Source of the DNA: Smithellaceae bacterium
GTDB taxonomy: Bacteria > Desulfobacterota > Syntrophia > Syntrophales > Smithellaceae
Direction: 5' to 3'
Assembly (NCBI GenBank): GCA_963663295.2
Contig: CAXXLA010000005.1
Location: forward strand, 792,840-856,839
Length of the DNA: 64,000 nt
The notes beneath the pieces were generated by a model, which had not been told where the DNA came from, searched no databases, and worked only from the letters and a program-made list of their open reading frames with translations. The position numbers were made by a program, and so were the translations under genes. Positions 1-8,844 of this stretch are shown here, one piece after another. Every line of letters begins with the position of its first letter. The first letter of the stretch is position 1.

Positions 1-264
1 GATCGTTTCGCTTGAAGAATCTTTTACTGTTTTCGAATCACTTATCAACAATTTTTCAACATCATCGGTTTTCCTGAATATTTCTCTGGGAACAAGTATT
101 TTCTCGGGAAGAATTTTTTTCGGAGGATGGCTTAATTGCAGATAATCATCAGCAACAAACGGCTCCCAATCAAATACGATACCGCTGGAATCGGCAAAGG
201 CAACGGCGCCTGTCAGACATATAAAAACGCCGATTATACTGAATAATTTATTGAACGATCGCAT
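1..264 (-). CDS. hypothetical exported protein, truncated by the window edge (first 88 aa present)
   Basis: Absent from the ORF track because it runs off the window. Reverse-strand ATG at 262-264 reads MRSFNKLFSIIGVFICLTGAVAFADSSG (signal-peptide-like) and stays open to base 1. It begins 15 nt downstream of the amidase stop. Confidence 0.4.
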   Translation of the reverse strand, partial: MRSFNKLFSIIGVFICLTGAVAFADSSGIVFDWEPFVADDYLQLSHPPKKILPEKILVPREIFRKTDDVEKLLISDSKTVKDSSSETI

Positions 265-278
265 AAATTTCGTGCCTG

Positions 279-1634
279 CTAGGGCAATCTTATTTTCTGC
301 CCCCATAATAAAGGGGTAGAAACTTTCATGTGATTTAGTTTACGCAATTCGTCTATCGTTATCGAATTATTCTTTGCTAAGGAAAACAGGGTATCTCCCT
401 TTTTTACCCTGTAAATTCTGGATATTCTCTTGATATTATTAACCTGTTTTTTTGATTTTTCTTCGACGGAGACAACTGGTTCATCATTTTCCTCAACAGC
501 ACCACTATTACTGGCTATTGCCGTGCCACCGGACAAGTATCCCCTGACAGACGTATCAACGGCCAAGGCTATCTTTTTCTGGAAAATTTTATTCTTGAGT
601 AATTTCTCTTCTTCGCCATTAGAGAGGAACGCCGTTTCAATTAATACCGCCGGGATATCCGGCAATTTCAAGACCCGAAAGGGCGCTTCCTGAACACTCT
701 GGTACTTCAGGGTATTAACATCATTCAATTGCTGCATCAAATTAGCGGCGTAAGTTTTGGATAAATTAATTGTATTGGTCTGAAACATATTTAAGATAAT
801 CTGATCGGAATCACCATTGCCGTCGCCATTGGGAACACCACCGATGATATCGGACAAGTTTTCGTTTTTAGCCAGCAATTTGGCTGCCTCATTGCTCGCG
901 GCTCCCGTAGAAAGGCAATATACGGAGGTTCCTTTAGCCTGACGATTCCGGGCCGCATCGGCATGAACGCTGATAAAAAGGCAGGCTTTTAAATCTTTGG
1001 CTAATTGCAGTCTCTTGTTGAAAGACACGTAATAATCGCCGTCACGGGTCAGGACTGCGCGATATCCCGGATTTCTATTGATGGCCTTTTTAATTTCCCG
1101 GCCGATGGAAAGCACAATATTTTTTTCATAAGTTCCATTTTTCCCGACTGCCCCGGGGTCATCACCGCCGTGCCCGGGATCGACGACAATAAATTTTTTC
1201 CGTTTATCTCTGGACGATGACTCTTTAATCGTTTCTTTGGGAGGATCCTCTTTTAAGAAAATATCCACTACTATACGATCCGGTTTATCCTGAAATTTTT
1301 TTAATTTAAATACTTGTGTTCTTAAATAATTATCAAGCATTAATCTAACTTCAACATTGCCCGTCGATCTTGAACAAACAATTTTCTTAACACCAGGTTT
1401 ATTAATCAAAATTTCCTCAGGTAATTCCCGCCCAAGAGAACCTTCCTTAAAACTTAAAACAAGAAAGCCTTTACCTTCCTGAATTTTATAAGAGGGCTCA
1501 TCTCCCACATCAATCACAACCCTGGTATGATCAGGCGCCGCCCAATAACGAATATTCGTTATCTCCGTAGCCCCGGAAATATTTGCCAAGGCCAAAAATA
1601 AAATCAGAATTATCAAAGCAAATCTAATTTTCAT
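279..1634 (-). CDS. N-acetylmuramoyl-L-alanine amidase (AmiC/AmiB-like) with N-terminal AMIN domain and C-terminal LysM
   Basis: Signal peptide. AMIN-like ITNIRYWAAPDHTRVVIDV. Amidase_3 motifs VVDPGHGGDDPGAVG and FISVHADA. C-terminal LysM YRVKKGDTLFSLAKNNSITIDELRKLN. Confidence 0.9.
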   Translation of the reverse strand: MKIRFALIILILFLALANISGATEITNIRYWAAPDHTRVVIDVGDEPSYKIQEGKGFLVLSFKEGSLGRELPEEILINKPGVKKIVCSRSTGNVEVRLMLDNYLRTQVFKLKKFQDKPDRIVVDIFLKEDPPKETIKESSSRDKRKKFIVVDPGHGGDDPGAVGKNGTYEKNIVLSIGREIKKAINRNPGYRAVLTRDGDYYVSFNKRLQLAKDLKACLFISVHADAARNRQAKGTSVYCLSTGAASNEAAKLLAKNENLSDIIGGVPNGDGNGDSDQIILNMFQTNTINLSKTYAANLMQQLNDVNTLKYQSVQEAPFRVLKLPDIPAVLIETAFLSNGEEEKLLKNKIFQKKIALAVDTSVRGYLSGGTAIASNSGAVEENDEPVVSVEEKSKKQVNNIKRISRIYRVKKGDTLFSLAKNNSITIDELRKLNHMKVSTPLLWGQKIRLP

Positions 1635-1766
1635 AATAAATCATTTTCCCCTTCTCTACGTCAGGAAAATAACAAATTAATGCAGGAACTGCAACTACTT
1701 GATAAAAAAAGATCCTGATAAATTTTTATTGAGTATTACGTCAGTCTATAGTACAAACCGCACCAC

Positions 1767-1843
1767 GGGCGATTAGCTCAGTTGGATAGAGTACTGGCCT
1801 CCGAAGCCAGGTGCCGTGAGTTCGAATCTCACATCGCCCACCA
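1767..1843 (+). tRNA. tRNA-Arg (anticodon CCG)
   Basis: Manual cloverleaf. Acceptor GGGCGAT/ATCGCCC. D-arm AGCTCAGTTGGATAGAGT. Anticodon stem CTGGC/GCCAG with loop CTCCGAA (CCG). Variable loop GTGCC. T-arm GTGAG-TTCGAAT-CTCAC. Discriminator A and encoded CCA. Confidence 0.9.
1819..1838 (+). repeat. attL core candidate (tRNA T-arm/acceptor 3' half AGTTCGAATCTCACATCGCC)
   Basis: Direct repeat partner at 9008-9027. Confidence 0.6.
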
Positions 1844-1870
1844 AGACATAATCCCAGACAGTCCAATAAA

Positions 1871-1956
1871 GTACAAAAACCCGTTAGAAATAGCGGGTTT
1901 TTTATTGTTTATTGTCCAATACAGTGCTATAAGATTTAACAACGTCAGGCAATTTT
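1871..1956 (+). repeat. left copy of an 86-bp imperfect direct repeat (terminator plus following sequence)
   Basis: GTACAAAAACCCGTTAGAAATAGCGGGTTTTTT...TAAGATTTAAC...GGCAATTT aligns colinearly with 9034-9119. The end blocks are identical and the middle is roughly 60 percent identical. Confidence 0.7.
1875..1903 (+). terminator. hairpin plus T-run downstream of the tRNA (AAAAACCCG-TTAGAAATAG-CGGGTTTTTT)
   Basis: Short GC stem CCCG/CGGG extended by A/T pairs and followed by a T6 run. An identical 29-nt copy lies at 9038-9066. Confidence 0.5.
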
Positions 1957-2025
1957 ACGGGTATAATTCCCGCAAATACCCGCACGAAAAAAGACGATAC
2001 CCGCATATGAGGAAATAAAACAAAA

Positions 2026-2466
2026 ATGCAAAGAAAAATTGATTGCTTATTAGATGCAGATATCGATGCCGCAAAACATGAAAACCATCTTTACAGGCTT
2101 TATGATGGCGAGGGGCTTTATTTGCATATTTCGCCTACGGGCGGCAAGTGGTGGCGCTTCAAGTATCGTTTCAAACGCAAAGACAAGAGCTTGGCATTAG
2201 GAACATACCCGGCAACAAGCCTTGAGGATGCCAGAAGAAGCAGAAATGCGGCAAAGGAACTTCTATTACAGGGCTTTGATCCTTCCGAAATCAGAAAACA
2301 AGAAAAAGCGCGTGATAAGGCCGAACGCCTTGAAGCCGAAAGAATACCGTCTGTTCGTGCCACCTTTGATGGGAAAATTGAAATATGGAAAGGCACTAAT
2401 ACCATGCGGCTGACAGTGGATGAAGCCAGATTCATTGGAACGCTTCTTACAAACATAACGAGGTGA
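2026..2466 (+). CDS. integrase N-terminal arm-binding (DUF4102-like) domain protein, either a truncated paralog or a remnant
   Basis: YRLYDGEGLYLHISPTGGKWWRFKYRFKRKDKSLALGTYPATSLEDAR parallels the N-terminus of the adjacent full integrase at roughly half identity. It lacks the catalytic domain. It ends 5 nt before the int start. Confidence 0.6.
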   Translation: MQRKIDCLLDADIDAAKHENHLYRLYDGEGLYLHISPTGGKWWRFKYRFKRKDKSLALGTYPATSLEDARRSRNAAKELLLQGFDPSEIRKQEKARDKAERLEAERIPSVRATFDGKIEIWKGTNTMRLTVDEARFIGTLLTNITR

Positions 2467-2470
2467 TCTT

Positions 2471-3685
2471 ATGCCCCTGAATGATTTAAAAGTCCGTAAC
2501 GCCAAACCGAAAGCCAAGTTTTATAAACTGGCTGACAGCGAGGGCCTTTATCTTCATGTAACAGATAAAGGCGGCAAACTTTGGCGTTTTCGTTATCGTT
2601 TTGAAGGTAAAGAAAAGTTGCTTGCTCTTGGCAAGTACCCTGAAATTAGTCTTTTGGATGCACGACAACGGCGTGATGACGCCCGAAGGCTTCTGGCTAA
2701 TAATGTTGACCCTGGTGCTGTTCGTAAAGCTCAGAAACAGGCAAAGATTGAAGATATTGAAACCTTCGAGGTCATAGCAAGGGAATGGTTTAATAAGTTT
2801 AAACACACATGGAAAGAAAGCCATTCAGCAAGAGTATTAAGCAGACTGGAACGAAGTGTTTTCCCATACATAGGTGAAAGACCTATTGCACAAGTCAAAG
2901 CCCCTGAATTGCTCGGTGTATTACGCCGACTGGAAGCAAGGGGAATATTGCACTCCGCTCATAATATCAGGGGCATTTGCGGTCAGATTTTCCGTTATGC
3001 CGTGGCAACCGGACGCGCTGAACGTGATCCGTCCGCCGATTTGCGCGGGGCATTACCACCGGTTAAAACAATCCATAGGGCAGCCATTACCGACCCGGCA
3101 AAAGTTGGGGAATTACTGAGGGCAATCGACTGCTACAAAGGCAGCTTTATTGTTCAATGCGCCTTAAAAATTGCACCTTTAGTCTTTGTTCGCCCCGGTG
3201 AGCTCCGAAAAGCCGAATGGTCGGAAATTGATCTTGAAAAGGCAGAATGGAATATTCCGGCAGATAAAATGAAGATGAAACAGCCGCACCTTGTACCACT
3301 GTCAAAACAGGCAATTGAAATATTAACAGAACTTAAAAAGCTAACCGGTGAAGGCCAGTATGTATTTCCGGGGCGGACTTCCGCGCGTCCAATGAGTGAT
3401 AATGCGATTTTAGCGGCACTAAGAAACATGGGTTTTGAAAAAACCGAAATGTCCGGTCATGGATTCCGGGCCATGGCAAGGACAATCCTTGACGAGGTTT
3501 TACAGGTCAGACCCGATCTTATCGAACATCAACTTGCTCATGCTGTAAGGGATCCACTCGGAAGAGCGTATAATAGGTGTCAGTACCTAAATGAACGCCG
3601 GAAGATTATGGAGACCTGGGCAAGCTATTTGGAGGAATTGAAGGAAGGGGCAAGAGTTTTGCCGTTTAAAAGAACAATGGAGTAA
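2471..3685 (+). CDS. int: tyrosine-type site-specific integrase (P4/CP4-57-like, tRNA-targeting)
   Basis: DUF4102-type N-terminus. Catalytic-domain motifs VRPGELRKAEWSEIDL, SGHGFRAMART and LAHAVRDPLGRAYNR (R..H-x-x-R..Y pattern). Adjacent to the tRNA. Confidence 0.9.
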   Translation: MPLNDLKVRNAKPKAKFYKLADSEGLYLHVTDKGGKLWRFRYRFEGKEKLLALGKYPEISLLDARQRRDDARRLLANNVDPGAVRKAQKQAKIEDIETFEVIAREWFNKFKHTWKESHSARVLSRLERSVFPYIGERPIAQVKAPELLGVLRRLEARGILHSAHNIRGICGQIFRYAVATGRAERDPSADLRGALPPVKTIHRAAITDPAKVGELLRAIDCYKGSFIVQCALKIAPLVFVRPGELRKAEWSEIDLEKAEWNIPADKMKMKQPHLVPLSKQAIEILTELKKLTGEGQYVFPGRTSARPMSDNAILAALRNMGFEKTEMSGHGFRAMARTILDEVLQVRPDLIEHQLAHAVRDPLGRAYNRCQYLNERRKIMETWASYLEELKEGARVLPFKRTME

Positions 3686-3780
3686 TTTAAAGAAATCAGG
3701 AATAGGTCGACGGACCGACAAGCGGGGGTATCCCTCCCCGTTTTCCTGAGTAATTAAGGGGAAGCTGCGAGGGGAAAGCA

Positions 3781-4842
3781 TTGGGAAATTTTATATCTGG
3801 AAAAGAGTTATTAACGCACCTTGATATTCTGCCGTTTGAACTGCTGCAGATGGTTAAAGAAGGTTTGCAACCTTATAATAAATTTGGTGAACCAATAATT
3901 TCGCCAGACATTACAAGAAAAAAAACCGAGTTAGATAATTTAAAAAATCAGTCTGTTGTTTTAAAAAAAATGGCTGACAGATGGCGTGCGATTGCCCCTG
4001 TAGTAACGCGTATTGATGAAGAAGAAATAGAATTAATGTCAGCTAAGAATAAACTTGAACGTACAACACAAGATATTAAAGTCCTGGAAAATGACCTGGC
4101 ACAAATTGAAAATATATATTCTTGGGCAAATTATGAATTACCAGAAGATGAAAAATCAAAAGAGTGGGTTTTAAATTTACTTTTAAACGCTTATTATAAA
4201 AAAGATAATACCGAACAGAATGAAGAAAAATCAGTGGTGCTTGACCGGAGCATTAATGAAAATCACGTATTAAATGCAGCTAATTATTTGAAACGTACCG
4301 GCAACTTTTGGACTATTCGATTTAACGGCAAGGAATTTGGGCCGATCAAACATGTAGATGGACTTCTGTATATAGCATACTTGCTTGAGAGGCCAGGAAC
4401 TTCAATTTCTTGTAAAAATCTTCATCAATCGGTATCGGGAATCACTCCGGGTGGGATCATGGATAAAAGCATGGCCATAGAAGCAGGTATGAATATGGGC
4501 AGCAGCAGACAAGCGGTCAACGATGGAAAGGCAAAACATGATTACTTTAAAAAATATCGTGAATTGCAAAATAGCCTTGAGTTAGCCGAAAGCGACTTGG
4601 AAAAAAATGAAATTGAAAAGGAAATGGCCGATTTATTAGGGGCTATTAACGCAAAAACATTTACTAAAGACGACAAAAAGGCACAAGCAAATTTAAAAAA
4701 GCGAATGGAAACAGCCTATAAAGTTCTTAATACGACAGGCATGAAGGAAATTTCAGAATACCTGCGAGGCAATATAAAGCCCAATGACGCATATGATTTA
4801 CGTTATACCGGAGAAATTGCCTGGGAAATTATTATTAATTAA
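3781..4842 (+). CDS. hypothetical protein (island cargo, AT-rich, coiled-coil-rich)
   Basis: 353-aa ORF with a TTG start preceded by GAGGGGAAAG. I recognise no motif. Lys/Glu/Asn-rich. Lies between int and alpA. Confidence 0.55.
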   Translation: MGNFISGKELLTHLDILPFELLQMVKEGLQPYNKFGEPIISPDITRKKTELDNLKNQSVVLKKMADRWRAIAPVVTRIDEEEIELMSAKNKLERTTQDIKVLENDLAQIENIYSWANYELPEDEKSKEWVLNLLLNAYYKKDNTEQNEEKSVVLDRSINENHVLNAANYLKRTGNFWTIRFNGKEFGPIKHVDGLLYIAYLLERPGTSISCKNLHQSVSGITPGGIMDKSMAIEAGMNMGSSRQAVNDGKAKHDYFKKYRELQNSLELAESDLEKNEIEKEMADLLGAINAKTFTKDDKKAQANLKKRMETAYKVLNTTGMKEISEYLRGNIKPNDAYDLRYTGEIAWEIIIN

Positions 4843-4898
4843 ACACTTTCAAAAAAAATTTATTTTTTAAACCATTGTAAGCCACTGATTTTGTTTTT

Positions 4899-4961
4899 AT
4901 CTTCCTTGTCTTCCCTCAAATCTTCCTTATAAAGTCAGATATCTTCCTTTGAAAGTCAGAC
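4899..4961 (+). repeat. iteron-like direct repeats upstream of alpA
   Basis: ATCTTCCTT occurs at 4899, 4920 and 4941, with variant GTCTTCCCT at 4908. AAAGTCAGA occurs at 4931 and 4952. The last two units form a 21-bp tandem repeat: ATCTTCCTTATAAAGTCAGAT / ATCTTCCTTTGAAAGTCAGAC. Confidence 0.6.
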
Positions 4962-4994
4962 ATTATTGTTAAAGACAACAAAGGAGGACAATGC

Positions 4995-5210
4995 ATGTCA
5001 AAAGACTCAAAAATTAGTGAACTCCAAGAACTTCCCAAAACTGGCCTATTGAGGATCAAACAAGTTTTAAAGTTCATACCTGTTTCCCGTTCGTCATGGT
5101 GGCAAGGTGTACGTACCGGGAAGTATCCAAGGCCAATAAAGTTGGGTGAAAGAACAACCTGTTGGAAAGCTGAAGATATCCGCGCTTTGATTAATAGCGA
5201 GGCCGCCTAA
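4995..5210 (+). CDS. alpA: AlpA-family (MerR-like HTH) phage/island transcriptional regulator or excisionase
   Basis: LLRIKQVLKFIPVSRSSWWQGVRTGKYPRPIKLGERTTCWKAEDIRALI is the typical AlpA/Phage_AlpA pattern. RBS AAGGAGG lies upstream. Confidence 0.85.
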   Translation: MSKDSKISELQELPKTGLLRIKQVLKFIPVSRSSWWQGVRTGKYPRPIKLGERTTCWKAEDIRALINSEAA

Positions 5211-5383
5211 TGAACGCAAATAAACTGACAGCTCAATTTGAGTTTACGGAATCCGGCTACCTGAAGGCTATTTTCTTGAATGCCGGAAGTGAAAAAGATC
5301 AAGCAATGCTCGAAAAGGCTTTAAATCGTTTACTTAACCCAGATCATTTTAGATGGATACGACGGCTTTTCAGGAAGAAATAA
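5210..5383 (+). CDS. small hypothetical protein (57 aa), below the ORF-track cutoff
   Basis: Its ATG overlaps the alpA stop (TAATG). It reads MNANKLTAQFEFTESGYLKAIFLNAGSEKDQAMLEKALNRLLNPDHFRWIRRLFRKK and stops 1 nt before the next ATG, so the arrangement is translationally coupled. Confidence 0.4.
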   Translation: MNANKLTAQFEFTESGYLKAIFLNAGSEKDQAMLEKALNRLLNPDHFRWIRRLFRKK

Positions 5384-5384
5384 G

Positions 5385-6197
5385 ATGAACCGAGGATATG
5401 TTCGACTTTGGCGGAAATCACTTGATGCAGGCTGGATCCAGAACCATAAACTTTGGGCATTCTGGACATATTGCTTGATGAAAGCCAGTTATAAAGAATT
5501 TGACGCTATAATAGGTTTACAAATTGTTCACCTTCTACCCGGTCAATTTGTTTTTGGGCGGAAAATAGCTTCTAAGGAAACCGGATTAACAGAGCAGGAA
5601 ATCCGCACCATTATTGAGTTTCTAAAAAAAGCCGGAAATCTAACCATCAAATCAACCAACAAATTTTCGGTTATAACTATTGTAAATTGGCCTACTTATC
5701 AAGGTGAGGACTTAGAAAGCAACCAGCAAATTAACCAACAACTAACCAACAAAGAACCACATACAAACATTAAAGCATTAAAGAATAAAAAAATCTTCTT
5801 ACCTGATTCTGAAGAAGTCAGACTAGCAGAACATCTTCTGGGAAAAATAGTAATCAATAATCCAAAATACAAAAAGCCAGACATCCAGGAATGGGCAGAA
5901 CATATTGGCTTGATGATCCGAAGGGATAACAGGACACCGGATGAAATCCAAGAGGTTATTGATTGGAGTCAAAACGATTCCTTTTGGAGAGGGAACATTC
6001 TGTCAACGGCAAGTTTGCGGAAAAAATACGATCAGCTTGTAATTAAAATGCAAAACACCCGCCAGGCAGACAAGATCAAGCCTTGGGAAATAGAACAAAA
6101 AGGATCACCGGTGAACACAACCAGTGGCAAAACAATGAAACGAACCGGATCAAAGCTTGACCAATACTATCAGGAACAAGGGTACACGATAACATGA
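5385..6197 (+). CDS. replication-initiator / replisome-organizer-like winged-helix protein
   Basis: The N-terminal GYVRLWRKSLDAGWIQNHKLWAFWTYCLMKASYKE...GQFVFGRKIASKETGLTEQEIRTIIEFLKKAGNL resembles phage and plasmid wHTH replication proteins. The gene overlaps the primase-helicase gene by 4 nt. Confidence 0.5.
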   Translation: MNRGYVRLWRKSLDAGWIQNHKLWAFWTYCLMKASYKEFDAIIGLQIVHLLPGQFVFGRKIASKETGLTEQEIRTIIEFLKKAGNLTIKSTNKFSVITIVNWPTYQGEDLESNQQINQQLTNKEPHTNIKALKNKKIFLPDSEEVRLAEHLLGKIVINNPKYKKPDIQEWAEHIGLMIRRDNRTPDEIQEVIDWSQNDSFWRGNILSTASLRKKYDQLVIKMQNTRQADKIKPWEIEQKGSPVNTTSGKTMKRTGSKLDQYYQEQGYTIT

Positions 6198-7957
6198 CAC
6201 CTATTGAATACATTCAAAACAAGGGCATTCCGTACAAAGTACAATCCGGGCAAGCCGTTTTTAATTGCCCTTTTTGCGGGGATACAAAGGGCCATTTGTA
6301 TATGGATCGAGAAAACGGAGCTTTCTTTTGCCAGAAATGCAACGAGCGCGGAAACTTGATTACCTTGCAAAAATACTTCGGAGATTACCAAAAGGATAAA
6401 CTGCCAATGAACAGACCCTATCAAAAGCCGCAGAACGCCGTTAAAGCCGCTTTTCCCGATAAGAACGAGCGTTCTATTGTCCTGAATGAGAAAATCGTTT
6501 CTGAGGCGAATTTGAGACTTTTAAACGACAAATCAGTTTTGGAATATATTACGGTAAAAAGAGGCTTAAGTCTTGAGACTGTCAAAGCCTTTAAGATCGG
6601 CTTGAAGATAGACAAAAACAGCGGTCACTGGCTGACTATTCCGCATTACGAAAAAGGAAAATTGATAAACATCAAAAGCCGGTCTCTTCCGCCCGCGGAA
6701 AAGACTTTCCATCGCGAGAAGAATTGCCGTTCAATCCTGTTCAATTCTGATTGTCTCAACAACAATAAAGGCGCTGTTTATCTTTGCGAAGGGGAAATTG
6801 ACGCGCTGACATTATGGGATAAGGGCGAAAAAAATGTTGTCGCTACGACCACCGGGGCCGGATCGTTTGACCCGGCATGGATTGACCAGCTTAAAGACAT
6901 TCAAAAAATTATCATCGTTTATGACCCGGACGAACCAGGCCAGAAGGGAGCGCGGGAAGTAGCGCGGCGCTTAGGATATGACCGTTGCTTTAACGTAGTT
7001 TTACCGGACAGTCAGGATATAAACGAATATTTCACGGCTGGAAATACCATTGCCGACTTTATCCGCTGCGTTTCCGAACATGCTCGGCAATTTGATGTTG
7101 TCGGAATAATGAGCTTTGACGACGGCCTGACAAAGTTCCAAGAAGATTTGGAGAAACCGGAACAATCAACCGGCTTAAGAACCGGCTGGCCTTCACTGGA
7201 TAAGATCATCAAAGCCGGCTTCATGCCGGGGGAACTCATTGTATTGAGCGCACCGCCGAAAATCGGAAAAAGCACCCTTGCCTTACAGATCGTTTCCTAT
7301 AATGCCCTTCAGGATATAACTATACCCGCGCTGTTCTTTTGTCTCGAAATGCGACCGATGAAGATAATTCACAAAATAGCACAGTGCCATGTCAAATCAG
7401 AAGAAATAAGCCTTGCCAAGATTGAACAAACCCGAATCGATTTCAAAGGAAAGCCGCTTTATTTGGGTTATTGTTATCAGAAGCCAACACTGGAAGGAAT
7501 CATCGAAACAATAAAAGCAGCTATCCGGCGTTATGGCATAAAACTGGTGGTTTTCGATCATCTGCATTTTCTTTGCCGGTCAATCACTAATCAGGTTCAG
7601 GAAGTTGGCCTTGCAGTACAGGCTTTTAAATTCCTGGCTGAAGAATTGGAAGTTCCTATTATCCTGATAGCACAACCACGGAAACTACAATCCGACACGA
7701 TTATGACAGCAATGGATTTAAAAGACAGTAGTTCAATTTATTCAGACTGCGATCATTTAATTTTAATGCACCGAAACCGGAAAGTTACCAGCACAAAAGA
7801 CCTGCAGGAAGGTACAACTTTACAGACAGAATCTTTTGATCCAGTTACTTTAATCCGGGTAGAAGCCAGTCGCTATAATTCGGGAGGTGAAACGGTTCTT
7901 TACTACCATGGGGAATATTCTCGGTTTGATGAAGTGAGTCAAAATAGGTCAAATTAG
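6194..7957 (+). CDS. bifunctional primase-helicase (zinc finger + TOPRIM + DnaB/RecA-like ATPase, T7 gp4/Twinkle-like)
   Basis: Zn ribbon CPFCGDTKGHLYMDRENGAFFCQKC. TOPRIM LCEGEIDALTL and IIVYDPDEPGQKG. Walker A SAPPKIGKST. Walker B LVVFDHLHF. Confidence 0.85.
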   Translation: MTPIEYIQNKGIPYKVQSGQAVFNCPFCGDTKGHLYMDRENGAFFCQKCNERGNLITLQKYFGDYQKDKLPMNRPYQKPQNAVKAAFPDKNERSIVLNEKIVSEANLRLLNDKSVLEYITVKRGLSLETVKAFKIGLKIDKNSGHWLTIPHYEKGKLINIKSRSLPPAEKTFHREKNCRSILFNSDCLNNNKGAVYLCEGEIDALTLWDKGEKNVVATTTGAGSFDPAWIDQLKDIQKIIIVYDPDEPGQKGAREVARRLGYDRCFNVVLPDSQDINEYFTAGNTIADFIRCVSEHARQFDVVGIMSFDDGLTKFQEDLEKPEQSTGLRTGWPSLDKIIKAGFMPGELIVLSAPPKIGKSTLALQIVSYNALQDITIPALFFCLEMRPMKIIHKIAQCHVKSEEISLAKIEQTRIDFKGKPLYLGYCYQKPTLEGIIETIKAAIRRYGIKLVVFDHLHFLCRSITNQVQEVGLAVQAFKFLAEELEVPIILIAQPRKLQSDTIMTAMDLKDSSSIYSDCDHLILMHRNRKVTSTKDLQEGTTLQTESFDPVTLIRVEASRYNSGGETVLYYHGEYSRFDEVSQNRSN

Positions 7958-7960
7958 ATC

Positions 7961-8185
7961 ATGTTACTCGATCAAGAGATGCTTAAAGGCTGGAAACAAA
8001 TTGCAAGATACATAGGCGTATCTGTTAGCACTGCTAAAAGATACGATAAGAAATATCATATTGTTGTCCGACGCTATCCAAGCGGAAACCCATTCGCTTT
8101 TAAATCTGAACTCGACACGTATTTCATAGTTTTTCAGGAATTAATCGAAAAAGACAAGAGAAAACGGGATAAAAGACTAGAATAA
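7961..8185 (+). CDS. small HTH protein (excisionase/MerR-like)
   Basis: WKQIARYIGVSVSTAKRYDKKYHIVVRR is an HTH_17-like pattern. It lies 3 nt after the primase-helicase stop. Confidence 0.55.
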   Translation: MLLDQEMLKGWKQIARYIGVSVSTAKRYDKKYHIVVRRYPSGNPFAFKSELDTYFIVFQELIEKDKRKRDKRLE

Positions 8186-8399
8186 AAAAATGATTATTTA
8201 CTTGACCTTGCTATATAAAATCGTTATTTTGACGCCCTCAAAAACAATCTAAACCGGAAAGGCCACGCCGTTATGATGGCTATTTTTGTTTGCGGCGTAA
8301 ACTTAAATATCCGAATAAAATTAGCATTATTAGGTTTTGGATTAAACAAAGAGTATCAGGAATTACATGATCTTTTATTAAAAAGGATGATTCAAGGCA

Positions 8400-8612
8400 A
8401 TGAATTCACAAAAGATTTTAATAATCATCACTTTTGCCATTTTTATTGTGTTTTTTCTTTTAACCAGCCTTCATATAATGACAAATAAATTAAATACATT
8501 GAATAATATACAATCTCAATTATCATATATAGAACGCAAAATTGAAGATTTAGAAGGGCAAGTATCTGATCTTAATGATGAAGTAAATAATTTAAAAAAC
8601 GAGATAGAATAA
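8400..8612 (+). CDS. small single-pass membrane protein with a coiled-coil tail (island cargo)
   Basis: TM segment ILIIITFAIFIVFFLLTSL, then heptad-like LSYIERKIEDLEGQVSDLNDEVNNLKNEIE. Very AT-rich. Confidence 0.45.
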   Translation: MNSQKILIIITFAIFIVFFLLTSLHIMTNKLNTLNNIQSQLSYIERKIEDLEGQVSDLNDEVNNLKNEIE

Positions 8613-8809
8613 TGAAACAATTTCTTAAAAATGCTTTTAAATTAATACCTTTTGCTTTGGGTGTGTTGCTAACATTACTGAGCCTTAATTACATGATACA
8701 TTATTTTGATAGAAGTGGATCGGAGGATTATATAATAACATCGTTTATTTTGGGCATTATTGGAATACCATTGTTAGTACAATCTATAATTCAATTTAGA
8801 GTTGAATGA
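8612..8809 (+). CDS. small two-TM membrane protein (island cargo)
   Basis: Its start overlaps the preceding stop (TAATG). Two hydrophobic segments: LIPFALGVLLTLLSL and ITSFILGIIGIPLLVQSII. Confidence 0.45.
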   Translation: MKQFLKNAFKLIPFALGVLLTLLSLNYMIHYFDRSGSEDYIITSFILGIIGIPLLVQSIIQFRVE

Positions 8810-8844
8810 AAAGCATATTCGTTTTAATGGAATAATACACCTTG

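Noticed and set aside
1782-2018. 78-aa plus-strand ORF starting inside the tRNA-Arg gene
   Set aside because: It overlaps a well-folded tRNA and its terminator. It has a TTG start, no RBS and a low-complexity translation, so I judge it spurious.
8273-8488. 71-aa ORF overlapping the start of the 70-aa membrane ORF in the island cargo region
   Set aside because: It overlaps 8400-8612 in another frame. Its translation lacks the clear TM and coiled-coil organisation of the alternative, and in AT-rich sequence long ORFs arise easily. I have low confidence either way.
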